Shown: positions 24,964 through 37,055 of the stretch, in pieces | How the letters are laid out: each line of letters begins with the position of its first letter | How positions within the stretch are numbered: the first letter of the stretch is position 1 | DNA from: Felis catus | Taxonomy: Eukaryota | NCBI RefSeq assembly: GCF_018350175.1 | Contig: NC_058382.1 | Coordinates: 54,252,001-54,316,000, forward strand | Direction: 5' to 3' | DNA: 64,000 nt | The notes under the pieces: generated by a model | Databases searched by the model: none | The model's input: only the letters and a program-made list of their open reading frames with translations | Told to the model about the DNA's origin: nothing | Translations under genes and position numbers: made by a program

Positions 24964-25550
24964 TAGCAGTGCTATCAACAACAGCCAAAGTATGGAAAGA
25001 GCCCAAATGTCCATCAACAGATGAATGGATAAAGAAGATGTGGTATATATATATAATGCAGTATTACTCGGCAATCAAGAAGAATGAAATCTTGCCATTT
25101 GCAACAACGTGGATGAACTAGAGGGTATTATGCTAAGCAAAATCAGTCAGAGAAAGAAAAATATCATATGACTTCACTCATATGTGGAGACACAAAACAA
25201 ATGAACATAAGGGAAGAGAAGCAAAAATAATACAAAAACAGGGAGGGGGACAAAACATAAGAGGCACTTAAATATAAAGAACAAACTAAGGGTTGCTGGA
25301 GAGGTTGAGGAGATGAATAAATGGCCAAGGGGCATTGAGCAACACACTTGTTGGGATGAGCACTGGGTGGTACACAGAGAGGATGAATCACTGGAATCTA
25401 CTCCTGAAATCATTATTGCACTATACGCTAACTAACTGGGATATAAATTAAAAAATAAAATGTATAAAAAATAAAAAATAATAATAAAAAAAGAAAAAGG
25501 TTATTTTAAGATAATAAACATATATATACACTGAAAACAAACAAACAAAA
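24964..25550 (+). mobile_element. Carnivore L1 3' end (ORF2 C-terminus + 3' UTR + tail) inserted in an older L1 ORF1
   Basis: gccaaagtatggaaagagcccaaatgtccatcaacagatgaatggataaagaagatgtgg...gggatgagcactgggtg...actcctgaaa; flanked by tgcatgaca on both sides. Confidence 0.92.
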
Positions 25551-26317
25551 CGTGTGCATGACAGCACAGAGAGAAATAATATCTTCAAAGTAATAAAAAA
25601 AAAAAAGACTATCAATCAACAACTTGATTTCCAGCAAAAATATCTTCCATAAAGAAAAAGCAAGATTTCTCAGACAGAAACTAAGGGACTTCACCACCAG
25701 TAAATCTACTCTACACAGAATTTTAAAGGAAATTCTTCAGATTGAAGGAACAGGACACCAGACAGGAACTCGGATCTACACAAAGAAATAAAGAACACTG
25801 GGAGGGGGATAAATGAAGGTAAAAATACAAATTTTTCTTACCTTGAATTTCTCTAAAGTTAAATGTCTTAAGTAAAAAGAGCAATGACATATGTATGTTC
25901 ATAGCAAATGTGAAAGTAATGTGAAAGACAACAATAAGACAGAAGGGGGAGAGGAATGGAAATATACTGTTGCAAGATCATAAAACTACATGTGAAACAG
26001 TGTAAGCTACATGCGGGTAAACTGGGTAAAGATATGTAAACTTTAGGGCAAATATTTGAAAACATAAACAGGAGGTATAAATAATTGTGAAGGTTAAAAA
26101 AAAGCATCATGAGAATTTTAATTCACCTGAGGACAGAAAAAGCAGAAAAAAAATGAAACAAAGAACAGATGGGTCAAATAAAAAACAGCTTGCAAAATGC
26201 AAGATTTTAATACCATTATATAAATAATTATATTAATGTAAATGGCATGAACATCAACTTAAAAAACTCTTATGGTCAAACTGGATGAAAAGCAAGACTC
26301 CACTATATGCTGTTATT

Positions 26318-26531
26318 GGGGGGGGGGGGTTGTTTATTTATTTTGAGAAAGAGAGAATGTGAGCAAGCAGGGGAGGGGCAGAGAGAGAGAGACAGAGAAT
26401 AGAATCCCAAGCAGGATCCACACAGTCAGGGCAAAGCCCAATGCAGGGCTCAATCTCACAAACCATGAGATCATGACCTGAGCCAAAATCAAGAGTCAGA
26501 AGCTTAACGGACTGAATCATCCAGGTGCCCT
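26318..26531 (-). mobile_element. Can-SINE
   Basis: Reverse SINE; TSD tatatgctgtt. Confidence 0.92.
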
Positions 26532-26756
26532 TCTATTATATGCTGTTGTAAGTAATCTTTTAATATAAAGACATAGCTAGGGTACAAGTAAAATGATGGG
26601 AAAATATACTGTGAAACAATAATGAAAAGAAAGCTTGGATGGTTATATTAATATCAGACAAGGTAGAGTTCAAGACAAAGAATAAAACTAAAGAAAAATA
26701 GGAACATAACACAACAATAAAAGAGTCCATTTTCTAAGAATATATACAGTCCAAAA

Positions 26757-26970
26757 ATTTTTTTTTTTAACGTTTATTTATTTTTGGGACAGAGAGAGGC
26801 AGAGCATGAACGGGGGAGGGGCAGAGAGAGAGGGAGACACAGAACCGGAAACAGGCTCCAGGCTCTGAGCCATCAGCCCAGAGCCCGACGCAGGGCTCGA
26901 ACTCAAGGACCGCAAGATCGTGACCTGGCTGAAGTCGGATGCTTAACCGACTGCGCCACCCAGGCGCCCC
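26757..26970 (-). mobile_element. Young SINEC_Fc
   Basis: Perfect TSD tacagtccaaaa at 26745-26756 and 26971-26982. Confidence 0.97.
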
Positions 26971-28853
26971 TACAGTCCAAAATTTTTATGCACTTAACAA
27001 AGTTATAAATACATGAAGCAAAACTGAGTGAACTGGAAGAAGATTTAGACAAAAATACACAATTATGGTTGGAGATTTCAACATTACTCTCAGTAATTAA
27101 CAGAGGAAGAAAATATAAATCAATAAGGAAACAAAATACTTTAAAAACATAGTGCACACAGAGAACTACCACACTCTGGGCCATAAAACAAACCATAGAA
27201 AGTTCTGAATAGAAATCATTAAAACTGTGTTCTCTGACCATAACAACATGAAACTACCAATTAAAAAAAATACATCTGGAAATCTCACCCTTACACATAC
27301 TTCTAAAATTAACCCATGGGGCAAAAAAGTCTTAAGAAAAATTTTTAAAATATTTTAAACTAAATAATAGTGAAAAGAAGGTAACATATTCAAATTCATG
27401 GGAGGCAGGTAAAACAGCATTCAGAGGGAAATTTATAGCATTCTGTGCTTATCTAAGAAAAGAAGAAAAGTCTAAGCCTCCACCTTAAAAAACTACAATG
27501 AACAAATTACACTCAAAGCTAGCAGAAAGAAGAAAATAAATGTAAGAAAAGAAACAAATGTAAGAAAAATAAATGAACTTAAAAACAGTAAGATTACAGA
27601 GAATATCAATGAAATCAAAAGCTAGTCCTTTGAAAGCATTATAAAACTGGTAAACTTCTAGCCAAACACAGGAAAAAAAAAGAAAAAAAAGTGAAAAGAC
27701 AATTTACCTACAACAGGAATTAAAGAGCGAATGGACACCAACAGAGACCCAGATACGCTTAGATATACCATCCATGGCTGCCATGGGCTGGGGGAACACA
27801 GAGAAGTTTACGGCAGTGAGACTACTCTGTGCAGTATAATGCTGGACACGTGTCATATACAGGTCTCCAAACCCATAGCATGTATAATACCAAGAGTGGC
27901 CTTAATGTAAATTACAGGCCTTGAGTGATAATGATGTGTCAATGTAGGCTCATTAATTAAAAAAAAAAAAAAGACAAATGACAGATTGATGAGATACTGA
28001 CATATATAACAAAGGGTTGATATCCAGACTATTAAAAAAACACTTTTAAATCAATTGAAAAAATTAAAAACCAATAAAAATGGGCCAAAAAAAGATAAAA
28101 AATTCAAAGAATTAAGAATGAACACAACAAATTAAAAATGAAGGTCGATCTCATCCTTCATCAGGAAATATAAAAACAAAACAATGAGAGAGTTAGGCAG
28201 AAATAAGGTTGATAATATATGTTGGCAAGGGTGTGGGGAAAAAGACAACCACGCGTGCCCTTGGTCACAGTGTAAAATGGTGTCTCCTCTAGGGAGGGTA
28301 ATTGGGTACCTACAGAAAATTTTAAAGCACGTTTAATAGACATCTTAAAATGTTTTAAATGACCCCTGCCACACACAGGGTATATAGAGTCACATTATAC
28401 TGGCTGAGTCCAAAGGGACCCTGGGCAGAAACAATGTGTGTGTTTTCTGAACAATAGCATTCCACTTCCTGCTCTCTCTCTTTCAAGCTAGTTAGTACCC
28501 AAGGATGCCCTGAGTTGCTTCTGGTTGCAGGTAAGGAATAGTCCAGCCTCCAACATAGGCCTGGGCCCCTGAGGGACTGGGTGGCACTGAACACCCCACC
28601 AACCATCCCTGCACCTACAGGAGGACTGAGAAATAAACCTTTGTTGCATTGATCCCCTGGGAATAAAAAAAAAAAAAACTGCACAAACCCTTGACCCAGA
28701 AATTTGGATTCTGGTATCCAATTCTGGGAAAAGAACGAAGTGTAGACTATAAGTAACCACCTACCCAAGGAGCATGGTTAACAGAACTAAAATAGAGCTC
28801 TATGCTTTGAAAGGACAGTAGGATCCCACTTATGTTAAAATATGCATATGCAT

Positions 28854-29079
28854 GGGGCGCCTGGGTGGCTCAGTCAGTTAAGTGTCCGACTTCGGCTCAG
28901 GTCATGAGGCTCAGGTCATGATCTCGTGGTTCACGAGTTCCAGCCCCATGTCGGGCTCTGTGCTGACAGCTCGGAGCCTGGAGCCTGCTTCTGATTCTGT
29001 GTCTCCCTCTCTCTCTGACCCTCCCCCATTCATGCTCTGTCTCTCTCTGTCTCAAAAATAAATAAAGGTTAAAAAAAAT
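28854..29079 (+). mobile_element. Can-SINE with internal 14-bp duplication
   Basis: TSD atatgcatatgca at 28840 and 29080. Confidence 0.96.
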
Positions 29080-29167
29080 ATATGCATATGCAAATGACAA
29101 AGGTCTAGAATAATCCACTGCTAATTGTCTGTAACCACTGCCTAATCATTAAAAATGGCTGGCTCTC

Positions 29168-29380
29168 GGGGCACCTGGGTGGCTCAGTCGGTTGGGTGTC
29201 CGACTTCAGCTCAGGTCATGATCTTATACTCCATGAGTTCAAGCCCCATGTCGGGCTCTGTGCTGACAGCTCGGAGCCTGGAGCCTGCTTCGGATTCTGT
29301 GACTCCTTCTCTCTCTGCCCCTCCGCCTCTCACTCTGTCTCTCCTTCAAAAATAAATAAACATCAAAAAAAAATTTAAAA
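29168..29380 (+). mobile_element. Can-SINE
   Basis: Perfect 17-bp TSD aaaaatggctggctctc at 29151 and 29381. Confidence 0.97.
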
Positions 29381-29542
29381 AAAAATGGCTGGCTCTCAAG
29401 CAGGGAGTGGGATGGGAAAGAGGCACCAAGGGGGTCTTTCATTTTTATTCAATATTCTTCTGTATTGTTTAACTGTTCTCAATTGCAAGCTATTTATGTA
29501 GCCTCAGTGCCACATTTAAATCAATAAAAATATATTTTTTTA

Positions 29543-29735
29543 GGGGCACCTAGGTGGCTCAGTCAGTTAAGTGTCTGACTCTTGATTTAAGCTCAGGTCA
29601 TGATCTCACGGGTCGTGGGATCGAGTCCCACATTGGGCTCCATCCTGACAGCATGAAGCCTGCTTGGTATTCTCTCTCCCTCTCCCTGCCCCTCCCCCAC
29701 TCTTGCTCTACCTGTGTCTCTCAAAATAAATAAGC
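29543..29735 (+). mobile_element. Can-SINE (older subfamily with ctcttgattt insert)
   Basis: Head, CT tract, aaataaataa. Confidence 0.92.
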
Positions 29736-29737
29736 AT

Positions 29738-30028
29738 CATATATACGTACATACATATATATGATGATAAACATGTTTATCATGATGATATGTTTATCAT
29801 ATATATGTACATACATATATCATATGTATCATATGTATCATATGTACATATGTACATCATATGTATCATATGTACATATGTATGTATGTACATATGTATC
29901 ATATGTATCATATGTACATATGTACATATGTACATATGTACATGTATCATATATATGTATGTACATATATATGATGTTTATTTAAATGTTTATATATATA
30001 TGTATATACACACATATATACATATATA
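29738..30028. repeat. AT-rich (ATCATATGT/ACATATGT/TA)n degenerate tandem repeat
   Basis: Directly visible. Confidence 0.93.
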
Positions 30029-30218
30029 GGGGCACCTGGGTGGCTCAGATCATGATTTCATGGTTCCTGAGTTTGAGCCCTGCGTCAGGACTCTGCTGAC
30101 ATCTCAGAGCCTCGAGCCTGCTTTGGGTTCTGACTCCTTCTCCCTCTGCCCCTTCCCCACTTGCGCTCTGTCTCCCTCAAATATAAATAAACATTAAAAA
30201 AATTAAAAAATAAAAAAC
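30029..30218 (+). mobile_element. Can-SINE with deletion in the tRNA-like head
   Basis: ggggcacctgggtggctcag|atcatgat. Confidence 0.9.
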
Positions 30219-30289
30219 ACATTTTTTTAATTAACGTATTTCCCATACAACTTAAATGACCAGTGAGAAGACATAATGGGAAGCATGAA

Positions 30290-31900
30290 CACATTCCAAA
30301 AAAGCAACCAAAAAGATTAAAATAGCAAAGTTTAACTTGAACAAGAAATATTGAGAAACCAGAAGAAAAGCCACAAAGTCCTGCAGAGATATTTTAAAGG
30401 GCTCAAATGAATGGAGCAGTATGTACAATGTGTTTGGATGGGAAGTCTTCATATATTAAGGATGTCAGATTGCAACAAGCTAGTCGATAAATATAATGCA
30501 GTTACAACCCAAATCCCAGCGGGGCCCATTTTCAGAACTGTACAGAATGATTCTCAAGTACCTCCGGGAGAATTAAACAAAAATAGTCAAGAAGTTTTGA
30601 AAAAGAAGGATAATGAGGAAGCACCGCCACAATTACATAATAAAACAATATAAAGCCGCAATCATTGTCTGTGTAGTATCGGGGCGGACGAAGAAAAAAA
30701 TCAGCTGAACAAGACAGAAAGCCCACAAACACACCTTAGAAAACAGAAAATCTATTTTTTTTTTTAAAAAGTAGCATCAAAAATCAATGCCAAATGGAAG
30801 AATTCCTGGATTAGTGGCACTGGAACAATTAAATAGGGATGAGATGGAAAACACATCCTCACTTCACAGTAGAGGGATAAGAGTTTGGGGTTTATTTACC
30901 AATTCATTCCAGGTGGTCTCAACAGTCTGAAAGTTAAAACACACACACAATACTACACACTCCCCACTCCACACACAAAACCATGAAATCCAGGAAAATA
31001 AAAAAAGAATAAAGGTAAATAGCCATCTGATTTTTAGCTGAAAGATATCCTACAGTTTTTAAAGTTTATTCATTTATTTTGAGAGAGAGAGAGAGGAGGG
31101 AATCCCAAGCATGCTCTGCACTGTCAGCACAGAGCCCAATGCGGGGCTCGGACGCACAAATCATGAGATCATGACATGAGCCAAAGTCAGGTGTTTAAAT
31201 GATGGAGCCACCCAGGTACCCCAAGATAGCCTACGTTTTAAAAGAATATTAAAAAAAAGGAATACTTTTTCATTCAAAAAAAACTGTAGATAAACAGAAA
31301 CAAAATCAAATGGCACACAGTAAAATGGAAAAAACCAAGGCCAATGTCAGATAAAGCTTACTTAATAAATCAACCTATGAGGATCTCAAGAATATCATCA
31401 AGAAATGTACATAAATGAGCATAGGACAGGAAGAAAGTGTTCACAGATGGGATACACAAATGTCTATTCAATATGTAAAAACATTTTATCTCATAAAAGA
31501 ACAAAAAATGTACACAAAAACAAGAAGGAGATTGTGGTGTTTAATCCATCAAATTAGCAATGATTTCTTTGAAAATCAATAATGCATTGAAGCTGGCGAG
31601 GGGGAGGTGGGATGGGCACGCTTGAGGCAGCACTGTGAAATAGCACAACTTTCAGAAAGGGCTGTGACCATAGGTATTACGAGTCTTCACCGGTCCCTGT
31701 GCTTTGACCCAGCAAGGTCTCCTCAAGGACTCCGAAAACTTGGCAAAGCATCAAGCATGTTTACTGCAGCGTTAACGGGGAAATTAACTAAAACCTAACC
31801 CTCTCACAAAGAAGTTAAGAGGAAACATGCATGCTCTAAAAATTGTATCTAACAAATAGGCTTTAATGATGTGGATAAGCGATGAAATATTAAAGTGATG
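30290..31900 (+). mobile_element. Degenerate L1ME-type ORF2 3' part
   Basis: ORF 30411..30653 CVWMGSLHILRMS...KYNAVTTQIP resembles ORF2 CSWVGRINIVKMA...RFNAIPIKLP. Confidence 0.7.
31056..31222 (-). mobile_element. Can-SINE
   Basis: Reverse SINE; TSD aagata(t/g)cctac. Confidence 0.9.
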
Positions 31901-31928
31901 AAATATTAAACACAGTGATTTTCATAAC

Positions 31929-32404
31929 TGCAGGGAATTCTAGGTTGTTCCAGTAATGGCTTTCAGTGAACCAATCTTTCTGTGCCCATGCCCCTTTGCA
32001 GTGCCACTTTCCCTCTCTTGCCATCAGGGTTGGAGTCTGTTTTCCAACCCTTGAATCTGGACGAGCCTTGTGACTTGCTTTACCCAACGGAATGTGGTCG
32101 AAGTGACGTTATTCAACTCCAGACGCTAAATAAGCCTTAGGAGACACTATAGCTTCTACTTTTTGCCTCCTTGGTTCACTGCTCTGAAACCACCACGTGA
32201 AGAGGCTAGTCTAGCCTACTGAAGAATGACAGGACATGAGGTACCCAGGCATCTGCCAGAACTGCAAGCCAGAAGGGTGGGTGTGGCCCTGTTGGACCTT
32301 CCATCCCAGCTACATGAGTGAGCCCAGATGTCACCAACACAGGCACCCACCGATCATGAGAAATTATGAACTTATTTTCAGTCACTGAGTCTACAACTGA
32401 TACA
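31929..32404 (+). mobile_element. MLT1-family MaLR solo LTR
   Basis: cccttgaatctggacgagccttgtgacttgcttt...gaatgtggtcgaagtgacg; ends actgataca. Confidence 0.85.
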
Positions 32405-32534
32405 CCACAATACAAAATTTTATTACAGAGTTAGCTCCGTCATGTAGCATATAACACACATAACCCTCAACAAATAGAAGAAAATGTTAACAGGGATATA
32501 AGACCTTATTTATAGAATTATCTCAAACATGTAG

Positions 32535-32571
<37 letters not shown>
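32535..32571. repeat. (CA)n microsatellite
   Basis: Directly visible. Confidence 0.98.
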
Positions 32572-32573
<2 letters not shown>

Positions 32574-34328
32574 GTGAAAAGGGCAGAAGGGATGTTAATA
32601 GGAATGTTATTTCCAGGAAGTAGGATTAGAGTTAATTATCTTCTTTATACTCTTATATTTACAAAGTTTCCTTTTATTCATAGAAAATCTACATCTATAG
32701 CATTACGATGAACTAAGTTATCTCACCAACTACACTGTGGATTCCTTGTTAGCAGAAGCTATGTCTTTCAACCATGAACTATGAGGCTTGTCACACAGTA
32801 GGTGTCCAATAAATGTTTGATAAATGAAAGAACATGGGCAGCCTTAGGCTTGTTACCTTTCCAGATTCAGGACGGGGCTGCAGCTGTTGGAGTCCACCGT
32901 ACCCTGGATTGCCCTAACATCCCCTGGTGGAGACAGGTGCCCGTGGGTCAATGGCCACTCATCCCAGATACCCTACAGAAGGTCTCCTAGTCAGCCTGTG
33001 GCGGCTCGGGCCATAGGGACTGTGGGGTCCTCTAGGGACCATTCTGGTTACCCTGCATCATCCTCGGGCTCAAGGAGAGAGACAAGTGACCAGCCCTTCC
33101 CCCAGAACTGGAACATAGGGGCCAGGGTCTACTCCACGCCTGGATCCTGTAAATGGGCTCCCCTGAGTCCTGCTCCCTGATGGAGATTCCCCAATCCCCT
33201 CCCAGAACCACACCTAGCCTTGCCCAGCCTTGGATAACATCCTCACCCTGTGTAACCAACGTGCTGGAATCAAACCTTGCATCCAGGTAGGCATAGGGGC
33301 CCCACTCCCCCTTTCCCAGCTGCACAGCTCTCTGTGTGCCCCACACAGCACCTTACACTCAACCCCAAAGCTCACATGGGGTGACTTCTTGAGCTGCACA
33401 AGGTGGCAGATGTGTGCATGCGGTTGGGGGGGGGCTGGACAGTGAAAGTGACCAGTAAAAACTCAAATACCTGAGTTGAACAAAATGTTTGTTTGCCCCA
33501 TTGATCAGTCAGATACATCACGCAGTGCTCTCTGAATACTCACCAACTAACTCCCTTCTTTCCTTTCTTACCCTCCACTCACCCATGCCAGACATCACTA
33601 ATCAATCGCAGCCTCCACCCCAATCCCCCAGACGAACCCAAGATGCTCCGCACAGAATGTAGTACACAAAAGCACTGAGCGAATTATTTCTTCAGTATAA
33701 CACTCGAGACAGCCAACTACCCTCTCTAGTTGTGTGATTTTAAATACCCTGGAAAGAAGGCAACCTCAGAGAGGCCAGAACCCAAAGCCTCCTCAGGTTG
33801 GCTTCCCCAAATTCCAGACATTTTAGTGGTGTCATTCTGATGTCCAGACCCAACAGTGAGGTCATAATCCTTTCCTAATTTTTAACAGAATTCATGTTTA
33901 CGTAAAAAAAAAAAAAAAATCCTTGTTTATAACAGAATGACCACGTCCAGCACTCTATAGAGACAGCCCCATAAAGTTAGGGGAACGCAGTTTATGTGAG
34001 CCCGGGCATGGGTCAAGCACTGGTATTTCAAGGGCACTATAATATAAGGCACAAGCATTTCATCACCTTTTTCTGGGAAAACTTTAGTAAGAGATCGTCG
34101 ATGTCCCTTGGACCGTAAGTGCTTTCTCTCCAGTAGGACGTCAGGATACTGAGGCAGGCTACAGCACAGCACCTTACAGTTATCCAGAAAGCAAGGCAGA
34201 TGGTATCCCTTCCAGAAGGGCTCCGGCACCAAGCTCCTCACTGCTGGGGCAAAGACAGTGCCCTTCCCTCCCCAGTATCCCATCGGAAGGTTGAGGAAGA
34301 TGTCAGGTCAATGGAAAAAGCCAAATGA

Positions 34329-34555
34329 GGGGCGCCTGGGTAGCTCACTTGGTTAAGCGTCCTACTTCAGGTCAGGTCATGATCTCAGGGTTCCTGAGTT
34401 CGAGTCCCACGTCGGGCTCTGTGCCGACAGCTCAGAGCCTGGAGCCTGCTTCGGATTCTGTGTCTCCTTCTCTCTTTGCCCCTCCCTGACTCACACTCTG
34501 TCTCTCTCTCTCTCTCAAAAAATGAATAAACATTAAAAAAAATTTTTTTAAAGAA
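34329..34555 (+). mobile_element. Can-SINE
   Basis: Full length; degenerate TSD ggaaaa..gc..aatg. Confidence 0.95.
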
Positions 34556-36844
34556 AGGAAAAGCAGAATGGGATGGATACGTGAGAGGAAACTCTCAATC
34601 ATCCAAGAGGAATTGAAAAAGCCACATCCTTATCAGGGGACAGCCTCACCACTCTCCTCCAAGGGTGCCAACACATCCCATTTTGAGGATGAGACTCAGA
34701 GAGGATTTCCACCCAGGAGAAAACTCAACCTACCCCTTGACTGCAAAAGGCACCATTGTACCCAAGAGGCAATTGATAAATATTCACTGAGAGTCAGACT
34801 TCCTTTTAAAATTGAATGAATGAATGAATGAATGAATGACATGTGGTTTTTTTCCCCTTATAAACGGAAAGTACTAGACACTCATTTTGGAGTACAAATT
34901 GTTGTCGGTTCCAAATAATGAAGACAGAGCAGACAGGAATCAGGTAATGATGGAATCTTTATTATGAAGTAAAATTGAGGCAATCTTTATTTGTTATCAA
35001 GCAAGATGAGGCAATTACCTATCTACATTCTTATTTTTAAATACAAAGATAAAAACGCGCTTCGGGCCACGCAGCCCGTTTGCAAATGGAATAGAAGCGT
35101 AAGTCGCCGTACAAGAGAAAATACAAATAGGAAAGGTACAGTGAGTTCTGCTGGAACTTGTTTTGAAAGCACAAATCTGTTCCAACGTAAATCACAGGAG
35201 GGGACAACTGGGGCCTAATGTGAATCTGGCATCTGCTGGTACACGATTTTCGCCCGCGAGAAATACTAGGGGAGGCAGAAGCCCACGCCGGCCGAACGGA
35301 GCCCCCGAGGACGCACCAAACGCGCACACACTCACACGGCCGTCCGCTGCCTCCATTCCCCGTGTGCGAGCCGTCCACGCCATCCTCGGGTCAGGCAGCC
35401 CTCCTCGCCCCACCTCGGGGTCACTCCCACGCTGCTGGCCTTCTCATAGCCCCTTCTGCGGGCCTGTGTGTTTCTCGGCTGCTTCCTACGTGCAAAACTG
35501 TGCCCCCTTCTTTCTTTACTGTCCCTGACAAACGTTTTGACTTTTGTGCCTTGACCCCCGCTTTTCCCGTAAGCCCTGATTCTGGAGAGCGTGGTGATGT
35601 TGAGGAAGACCTAAGTCACATGACAGCACGCTCTACCGTACGTGGAAGAACGTTCTTCGTGGCTGATTACTTAAAGGCAGTAACACAGCATTACACAATG
35701 CTACTACCCTTGTAGCAGTCACCTGCCAGCATTTACCAGGTTCTGTCCATGTCCTTTGAGCGAGTAATCCCGTATCTTTGGGCCAAGTAAAACATAATTC
35801 AGTGAGGATTGTGGGCATAATCCAACATGAAAAAGGAAACTAGATGTGTGCATGAAGATGCTCATTGTGATAACCGATGTGTGTGTGTGTGTCTGTACAG
35901 CTACAAACATTGCAATTACAAAGGCTGTGTAACCAAATGGCAAATGATCGTAACATATTGTTTGCGAAGTGAAGGGGGGAGAAAGGGATGTAAACTGAAT
36001 AGTATGAAAACAAAAGCTGAGAAGACAATGGTATTTGCTCACATGCGCACACAAGCGGGATTTGCGTTTTGAATTTTTAGAAAGCCGAGTCACCAAGAAG
36101 GGTTTTAAATATGCTAATTTTCAGTTGTGCTAAAAATCAGAAATAGTTCTTCACTGCGTATCACATACCCAACGCACTATTTATTTCAAGACGTGAAGGA
36201 AGTGATTTGAAATTTTAGTTTCCTGAATACATATTTTTGTAACGGGACCAATCTGAATCCTGAACCACAGCTGGTTATCTTCAGTAGTCACTAAAACTAA
36301 TTTGCAGCCCTGATTCTTGCTGTAAATAGGGAAACAATAGTCCCTCTGCAACACGTCAGCACACAGGGCAAAACATACCAACAGAAAGTAAAGGTTTTGT
36401 CAAATGCCTGGCAAACAACTCGAAGCTTGCCCGTTGACTGTGTTAATAGGAGAAAAGCGGGTGGGAGGGTTTGATGTAAGCAGGGCTATTACCAATGAAG
36501 ACGACTTTCTGGACAAACCAGACAGCCAACAGGAAGTGGGGTGTTTTCATGTTTAGCACAGGAGAAACCACCCAATGGAAAGATACGAAGTCCGTATCTT
36601 GAGCCATTGGGGTCAAAATCTCTTCAGCAGCCCAACGTCTCATGCAGAGAACCAGATGCTGACTGTGGGGTGGGGAGGGTTGAGGGTGGGCAGGCAGGCC
36701 TGCACGCACACCTGGGAGGGAGCAAAGGCGGAATTACTTGGAATGTTTAACAGAAAGTCCTGTTTTTATGAACAGTTCATGAGTCAGCCTTCCCACACCA
36801 GAGAGTTCTCGCCTCCTCTGAACACCTGGGATGCATTGTAGACC

Positions 36845-37055
36845 AGAGTGCTCAGGCTTTGCATCCTAACAGCTGTGGGATTCAATGGAAGCTACCTGCT
36901 GTGTGACCTCGGCAAACGACGTTACCTCTCAGAGCCTCCCTTTCCTCTTCAGAAATGCAGGTATAATAGTATCTCTCGCATGGCTGTTCTGTGGAACAGA
37001 TGTTTTTATGAGAAACACACCTGGCCCTGAGAGGGGCTTAATAAATACTCATTAA
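36845..37055 (+). mobile_element. MIR
   Basis: gctgtgtgacctcggcaa...acctctcagagcctc...gcttaataaat. Confidence 0.7.

Larger units (their letters stand above)
19400..28340 (+). mobile_element. Block of several nested, degenerate ancient L1M pieces (5' UTR/ORF1 about 20410-22560 and 24080-25800; ORF2 pieces; 3' end about 27770-27960)
   Basis: A-rich plus strand; ORF1 motifs such as aatcttaaaagcagcaagagag, tttctcatcaggaactatggaggcaagaaggcagtgg; endonuclease start near 26220; all frames broken. Confidence 0.85.
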
